Part shown: piece after piece, positions 56,768 through 64,000 of the stretch
Numbering within the stretch: the stretch's first letter is position 1
Layout: every line of letters starts with the position of its first letter
NCBI RefSeq assembly: GCF_009914755.1
Contig: NC_060927.1
From: the human T2T-CHM13v2.0 reference genome, Homo sapiens
Reading direction: 5' to 3' (one strand)
DNA length: 64,000 bases
The notes under the pieces: generated by a model
Told to the model about the DNA's origin: nothing
What the model saw: the letters and a program-made list of their open reading frames with translations, nothing else
Databases searched by the model: none
Made by a program: the position numbers and the translations under genes

Positions 56768-57124
56768 ACACTCTTTTGTCCTTTGCCTTACACCAATCTA
56801 TTTTATTGTATTTCTCCAAGCATTCGTGTCTTCAGGCTCTACATGACTAGAAAATGCATTCATCTTTAAGATAAATATATTTGTAATGAAATTTATTTGT
56901 ATTTCTAAATGCACTCACATTTTTACCTGTCAATTGACAAAACTATATTGAATCCTTATCTTTCCCTTTTAAAATTTCTTTGGTGTTTTTCAAATTTTGG
57001 AGAAAGTCTTGTTTATTGTAATAACAAGTGGAACATTGCAAAGATGTGTAAAGAGCTAATTATTCCTCCACTCCCACTTTCCAATTTCAGACTCCCAAGG
57101 TAATCAGTTATCTTGCACATCTTT

Positions 57125-59237
57125 CTCTTTTTCTTTTAAATTTCTTATTTTTTAATCAACAGAAACATGTATGTATGTATTTACTATGTACAACATGTTG
57201 TTTTGAAATATATATACATTGAAGAATAATGTATAGCTAATTAAGAGATGCATCACCTCACATAGTTATCATTTTTGTGGTGAGAGAACTTTATATTTAC
57301 TCCCTTAGGATTTTTTAAGAATACATATATTGTTAACTATAGATGCTATGTTGTACAATAGATCTCTTGAACATGTTCTTCTATCTAATTGAAATTTTGT
57401 ATCTTTTGGCCAACATCTCCCCAACTCCCCCGCCTCAAGACCCCCCACCTCACCACCCCCAATTATCCCAGCCCCTGGTAACCACCTTACTCTCTGCTTC
57501 TGTGAGATCAACTTTTTTAGCTTCCACATATAAGTGAGATCATGCAGTATTTATCTTGCTGTGCCTGGCATATCCCGCTTAGCATAACATATTCTAGGTC
57601 CATTCATGTTGTCAAAAATGACAGGATCTCCTTTTTTATTGCTGAATAGTATTCCATTTTATTGTATTTTATTGCTGAATAGTATTCCATTGTCTATATA
57701 TGACAGCACTTTGAAAAGTTTATGGAAAATGGAATTAAAAATAAAAAAATATATAAACGTTATTTGTCAACATAAGTTCCATCAAGTTCAAGACACCTTT
57801 GTAAGTGATGCTACCAGCCATTTAGTCCATCCCTAAAGAACCAAAGGTCCTGGGAATTTAACCAGGTCAATGTATGTTCTTAACTCAAGAAAAATGGATG
57901 CCCTTTAAGATTTTTTTTATGATCAGGATACAAAAAAGATACCAGAAGGACCCAAATCAGGACTGTAACGTGGATATCTAATGATTTCCCATCAAAATTC
58001 TCAAAAAAAAAATAACCCTATTTAGCTGAGAGAAATGAGCAGGAGCATAGTTTTAGGGGAGAAGGACTGTCTGGTGAAGCTTCTTGGGCATTTTCATGCT
58101 AAAGCTTTGGGTAATTTTTTCAAAACACTCTCATAGTAAACAAATATTATCATTCTTTGGCCATCCAGAAAGCCAACAAGTGAAATGCCTTGAGCATCCC
58201 AAGAAACCGTTGCTATGGTCTTTGCTCTTGACCAGTCTGCTTTTGCTTTGACAGGCTCCCACTTCCACCTCTTGGTAGCCATTGCTTTGATTGTGTTTGT
58301 CTTCAGGATCATACTGGTAAAGCTATGTTTCATTTCTTTTACAATTCTTCAAAGAAATACTTCAGGATCTTGATCACACTTGTTTAAAATCTCCATTAAA
58401 AACTCTACTCTTGTCTGCACCTGATCTGGGTGCAATCATTTTGGCACCCATTGAGTGGAAAATTTGCTCTACTTTAATTTTTCAGTCAGAATTGTGTAAG
58501 CTGATCAAACTGAGATGTCTATGGTGTTGGCTATTATTTCTGCTGTTAATCATAGGCATGAACGAGATTAATTTTTTTCACACATTGATGTGGATGGTCT
58601 GCTGCTGCGGGCTTCATCTTCAAAATTATTTCACTCCTTCTTAAAATGAGTTAGCTATTTATAAACTGCCAATTCCTTTAGGGCATTGTCCCCATAAACT
58701 TTTTATAAAGCATAAATAATTTCACCATTCTTCCACCCAAGCTTCACCATAAATTTGATGTTTGTCCTTGCTTCAATTTTAGCAGAATTCATGTTGCTCT
58801 GATTGGGGCTGTTTGAAACTGATGTCTTATCCTTCTTAGTACCTCAAACTACTTCCTGTTCAGGTATGTTATGACAAGTTAGTATGAGTTTATTTTGGTG
58901 TAAAAAAGTTGAAATCCATGCATAGTTTCCTTTTAAGTACTACACATTTCCTATGAACTTTTTGAAGACCCTTTGTCCTCTTCATCCATTTATTCACTGA
59001 TGGGCACGAAGGTTGAGTTCATATCTTGAAGGTTGAGTTCATATCTCGACTACTGTGAATAGTGCTGCAGTAAACATGAGAGTGAAGACATATCTTCAAC
59101 ATAGTGATTTCATTTCCTTTGGATATATATCCAGTAACAGAATTGCTGGGTTGTATGGTAATTGTATTTTTATTTTTTTCAGGAAACTCCATACTGTTTT
59201 CCATGATGGCTATACTAATTTACCTTCCTACCAATAG
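57125..59237 (-). mobile_element. L1MA 3' end interrupted by Hsmar2
   Basis: ttccacatataagtgagatcatgcagtattt...gaatagtattccatt; resumes at 58981 with gtgaatagtgctgcagtaaacatg...aggaaactccatactgttttcc. Confidence 0.8.
57701..58975 (-). mobile_element. Hsmar2 mariner transposon, ~1.28 kb, decayed transposase
   Basis: Inverted termini (tgacagcactttgaaaagtttatggaaaatg / catttcctatgaactttttgaagaccctttg), TA at the left end. Minus-strand peptide PVKAKADWSRAKTIATVSWDAQGISLVGFLDGQRMI..YYESVLKKL is mariner transposase. Confidence 0.88.
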
Positions 59238-59317
59238 TCTTACACACCTTTCTTCTTACAAAAATAAGGAAACATTTGCAAAACAAATGTTTCTGCTTAC
59301 TTTTTGGAATAATTTCT

Positions 59318-59865
59318 TTAAAAAATTTTTTACTATGTTTAAATTTTTTGTGGGTACATATTGGTGTATATATTTATGATGTACATGAGATGTTTTGATA
59401 CAGGCATGCAATGTGAAGTAAACACAACATGGAGAATGGGGTGTCCATCCCCTCAAGCATTTAGCCTCTAAGTTACAATCTAATTAAATTCTTTAAGTTG
59501 TTTTAAGATATACAATAAAGTTATTACTGACTATAGTCATCCTATTGTGCTATCAAATAGTAGGTCTTTTTCATTCTTTCTATTTTTTGTAGCTCTTAAC
59601 CATTCCTACCTTACCCCCAACTCCCTACTACCCTTCCCAGCTTCTAAAAACCTTCCATCTACTCTCTATGTCCCTGAGTTCTATTGATTTGATTTTTAGA
59701 TCCCACAAATAAGTGAGAACATGAGATGTTTGTCTTTCTGTGCCTGGCTTATTTCACTTAACATAATGACCTCCAGTTCCATCCACGTTTTTGCAAATGA
59801 CTGGATCTCATTCTTTTTTATGGCTGAATACTACTCTATTGTACATATGTACCACATTTTCTTCA
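59318..59865 (-). mobile_element. L1MA2-like 3' end
   Basis: tgtgggtacata..gatgttttgatacaggcatgcaatgtg; TSD ttgga(a/g)taatttct at 59304-59317 and 59866-59879. Confidence 0.85.
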
Positions 59866-60953
59866 TTGGAGTAATTTCTAAACAATGCCCTGCATATAAT
59901 TTTTATATTTAAGTGATTTTTTCCATTTTTTCTAATTATGAAACTAATACATATTCACCATGGAATAATTAGGAAGCAAGGAAATAGTGGAAAAGAAAAT
60001 TTATCTCTATCACTGAGACATAATCATTATTAATATTTATTGATAAATTTCCATTTAGCACAGCAGAATACTAAGATTGTTTTGCCCAGGATCAAACAAA
60101 TGTGAATTCCAGATCAACATCAACTATTTATGTGAGCTTCTTTTACATTTTTAATCCTCAGTTTTCTTATCTATAATATGATATAATAGCATAATCATTA
60201 TCATTATCAGTAGTAAGTTTTTTTGGTAATAAAATTAGAACCATACTTTGGTTTATTCTGACTTCTTCATTTAACATTACATTAAGAACTTTTTTATTAT
60301 TTTTTTTTATTTATTATTTATTTTTCATTAAATATTCTTCAAAAACATAATTGTAGTGAGTGGGTAATACTCTATCACGTGTTATCACAGTGTAGTGAAC
60401 TATTCTGTATTGTTGAGCATTTTGGTCATTTCTGGTTTTCATTTCTATAACCCACAGTTACTATTTTTAAACTGCCAAACAAAGTGTTAAATAGATCACT
60501 GTCCTAAGTTCTGAGCAATTTCAAGGCAAAAGACTAGATTTCTCTCATGTTGGAATTTCAGCCCAGGCTTTGAGCCCTTCCCTTGGATGAGCGGTTTCAA
60601 TGGTAGATTAGTGGTTTCAATGGTAGATGAGTGGCTACAATTAGAGTCACCTGGGAGCTTTTAAAACATGTGGCTGCCAGACATTCCCGCAACTCCCTCC
60701 CCCAGCCCATCCTAATTTACATAACCTGGAGCAGAGCCTGGGCCCTGCATTGTCCCTCCAAGCTCCTTTCTTTATCCCTCATACCCCTTGGCCCTCAACC
60801 CCCTAACCCCCTCCCCCTGTCCTGTGAGAACCACGGATTAGAGGATTCCTTAAGGTTTCTGCCATCTGAAGGATTATCAGAAAAATACTGTAAACTGGGA
60901 AGGTTGTATGATCTTTCTCAATACAGCTTCCTCTATGGTCTTATGGTCTAAAA

Positions 60954-61650
60954 TGGTGGTTCTCAACTGGAAGGCAATTTTTGTCTCCCCCCGACTTCTA
61001 CCCTACCTGGACATCTGACAGTAGCTGGGGACATTTTTGATTATTACATCTGGGGAAGAGGTTGCTATTGGCATCCTGTGGGTAGATTCCAGGGATGCTG
61101 CTAAGCATTCTACAGTGCACAGGACAGCCCGTGTTTGTTTCCCGTGGCTACTGTAACAAAGTACCACAATCCGCACAGATTAAAACAGCAGAAATTTATC
61201 GTCTCACAGTTCTGGAGGCTAGAAGTCTGAGATTGCAGTGTTAGCAGGGTTGTTCCTTCTGAGGGCTGTGAGGGAGAATCTGTTCCAGGCCTCTCTCTTA
61301 GCTTCCAGTGACTTGCTAGTGGCTTTGCTGTTTCCTGGCATGTGGCTGCACCACTCCAACCTCAGCTTTCATGTTGCTCTCCCTGTATGTCTGTATCTTC
61401 ATTTGGACATCTTTCTATATGAATGAACACCAGTCATACCACACTATGGGCCTACCTTATTTCGGTATGATCTCATCTTAACTAATTATATCTGCAACAA
61501 CGTTATTTCCAAATAAGGTCACATTCTAAGGTACTGGGGTTAGAGCTACAGCATATCTTTTTGCAGGGACAGAATTCAACCCACAAGAGCCCCACAAGCA
61601 AAGAATTATCCAGTGCAAAATGTGAATGGTGTTACTGTTGAGAAACTCTG
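60954..61650. mobile_element. MER20 hAT element interrupted by MLT1
   Basis: gtggttctcaact...ggatgctgctaagcattctacagtgcacaggacagccc and aaagaattatccag...gttgagaaactctg. Confidence 0.75.
61132..61588 (-). mobile_element. MLT1C-like MaLR solo LTR
   Basis: ctgtaacaaagtaccaca..tctcacagttctggaggctagaagtc..ttccaaataaggtcacattct..aattcaacccac; 5-bp TSD gcccg/gcccc. Confidence 0.8.
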
Positions 61651-61712
61651 TTCCACATAATCTGTGGACCAAGCCCAGGGAGGTTAACTAAGGTAAAACC
61701 CAGGGCAAGTAG

Positions 61713-62040
61713 CAGTATGGTCTGAATGTCTGTGTTTCCTCCAAATGTATATATTGAAACCTAATTCCCAATGTGATTGTATTATGAGGCAGGAACTTTG
61801 GGAGGTGATCAGTGCCCTTTTAAAGAGGTTCTAGAAAGCTAGCTAGTTCCTTCTACCATATAAAGACACAGTGAGAAGATCATCTGTGAACCAGGAATTG
61901 AAGCCCTCACCAGATACTGAATCTGTGGGTACCTTGATCTTGGACTTCTCAGCCTCTAGAACTGTAAGAAATAAACTTCTGTTATGTATAAGCCACCCAT
62001 TGTAAAGCATTTGTTATAGCAGCATGAATGGTCTAAGGTA
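61713..62040 (+). mobile_element. MLT1A-like MaLR solo LTR
   Basis: tatggtctgaatgtctgtg...ccttgatcttggacttctcagcctctagaactgtaagaaataaa...ttgttatagcagc. Confidence 0.8.
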
Positions 62041-64000
62041 AAAAGAGTCCAGAGTCTGGGAAGGTGGAAAGGGAGCAGGAGCATCGTCTTTAAGAGGGTC
62101 AGGTACCTTTGCTCTTATATCAGAGGCTGTGGGCTTCCTACAGATGTATATAGGCATAACCTCAGGCAACAGAGATATATGTGACCAAAACAGGGTGAAA
62201 GGACTTGAAAGAGCACTATGCTAACAGGGATAGAAGCAGAAGTGTGGCCAAACCCTCTGATTTGGTCACCTCACCATCTGACCCACCTTTCCACGTCAGG
62301 AACAGCCTTTTCCTCTTTTCCTCCGTTAGGAATGGAACAGGAGAGAAAAATAAATCCACAAGCCCCACAGTTTTCAGCAGTATTTTCAAGCCAACTGTCT
62401 TGTCTCTCCAAAGCCCAGTCTTCTCTCTCTGACACCCACTCCCTCCCACTGCCAGCCAAACATAGAATACAGAAAACAGGAAAAACAGCAACACTGCAAA
62501 GTTACATCTTTTGAGAGAGAACATTGCTGTGGGTACATTTCCCCCCATACCTCTTGAATTGCCAAACCTTGCAGCAGGCAGCCTTATTCTGTTCCATGGG
62601 GATGCTGTCTCACCAACTGCTTGTTTCTTTGGCTTCAGGAATTCCATGCAAGAATGAATTTCTGCCGAGATGGGGTCACTGGGCAGTCTATGTATCCACA
62701 TCTGTATATTTAAGTCTATCTTCTTCACTTTTAAAATATTTTTGTCCACATTTTTATGTTGTGGCTACATGTTCCCCTTCATTGTTTTGCCATTTCCAAT
62801 AGAGAGAGGGAAATGAGGGAAGGGAGAGGGTGACCAGAGGAGTGGAGATTATGTTATCAAATTCCAGGAGAGATGGGTTGCTTCCGAGCAGCAATATGAA
62901 TACCCGCTGGCTATATCCGGGGCCTGCTCAGTGGGAAAAGGAGGAAGCCTTCCTCCAGTCTTCAGAGCTCCGTGTCTGCATAGCGCACGCCTCATTTTGG
63001 TCTCCTAATTGCTCAGCTATCTTTGCTGTCTATTGTTCCCTCTGGTTTGTCTCAGGAAGCAGCTCTGGGCCAACCTCTGGCCTCTAGTCCCCTTGCTCTC
63101 TGCACCATCTTCTTTGTGTCCCATTCTAAGTGCTAGTCCTGGCTCCCCTAGGCCCAGCTTACAGCCCTGACTCTGCCTTCCACAGCTCCCCATTCCTTGG
63201 TGGGCTAGGTGGGGAGAGGTCAGGGACAGAATCTTTCCCTGCTATATGTCTCAGGCCCCAGAGGGTGGCCATGTTTTCTGGAATCTGGACTGTATTTTTC
63301 TTACAGTCTGGACCTGGTGTTATCTGTCAAATTATACCTTGTAACTAGTATTGGCAACCTCTAGGATTGACTTTGCCTTTTAATCCACAAACAAGGTATT
63401 TTATTGTTGTTGTTATTGCATGGATAAAATGTTAACAGTTAATTATTTCTTTTGCTTTCCTGCCTCAGAGTGACCAGATATTTAGCTTCTAGTTTATAGT
63501 CAGGAGGGAATATTTTGAAGGTCCTTTAAAGCAATAATATGTAAATGAAGAGAGTTATTGAGAAAGAAAGAAAAGGGATCAGTGAAAGAGAGCACCCCAG
63601 CAAAGAACAACTACTATAATTTTCTCAGAATTTCTAGGCCCATGTACCTTCCTAAACACACACGGTTGGACTGTAGGAAAATAAAACTTTACTTTAAAAA
63701 AAATGTGGAGTTCTAAAAATAAGCCTTTTATAGGAAAAGGTGCTAAAGCATTTTAGATATAAAGAAAAATAGTCTCCAGCAAGTAGAGATGTGTGAGAAT
63801 GGACAGGGTGATTATTACGTATGTAAATGTGATAAAGTTGGTGTTTAAGTCCTCAGAGATAGTCTCAGTACCGAAACTACTTGTGTTGGGAGGTATTGAC
63901 ACCTGCAATAGTTATTTTTAGTATCAGTCCCAATTAGTAACTGAAGATTTATATACATAGTCTTCAACTTTAAGGTGCATCTCTTTAGGGTACTCCTTAG

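Noticed and set aside
54400-56846. Many Pro/Gly/Arg-rich ORFs on both strands
   Set aside because: They are translations of the SVA VNTR, SINE-R and Alu-like domains, not genes.
58094-58333. Mariner transposase peptide as a possible domesticated gene
   Set aside because: A short open stretch within a stop- and frameshift-ridden Hsmar2 copy.
60593-60628. 16-bp direct repeat ggtttcaatggtagat with 20-bp period
   Set aside because: A simple slippage duplication at the edge of a MER5-like fragment, with no further structure.

Overview
Primate genomic DNA, almost certainly human: Alu, L1PA, THE1 and an SVA with SVA_E-like diagnostics are present. The only coding sequence is four + strand, phase-0 exons (14170-14361, 18051-18182, 22455-22685, 35333-35455). 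They splice in frame into 226 aa of spectrin-like repeats that I recognise as KALRN (kalirin; probably exons 7-10 of the long isoforms). The rest is intron with layered transposon fossils. The most unusual signal is a tandem duplication of the 3' end of the last exon together with its 5' splice site and a (TG)n tract. This creates a second identical donor whose use would introduce a stop codon, with both donors next to UG repeats of the TDP-43/CELF-binding type. Other notable items: a full-length antisense SVA with 31 nt of foreign 5' sequence inside its 17-bp TSD; an L1 with an apparent ~150-nt 3' transduction; inverted Alus bracketing one exon; a telomere-like filler at a truncated Alu; a 12-bp hairpin over a predicted branch point; and an inverted pair of POU octamers. 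Repeat subfamily calls are from recall of consensus sequences, and boundaries of old repeats are approximate.
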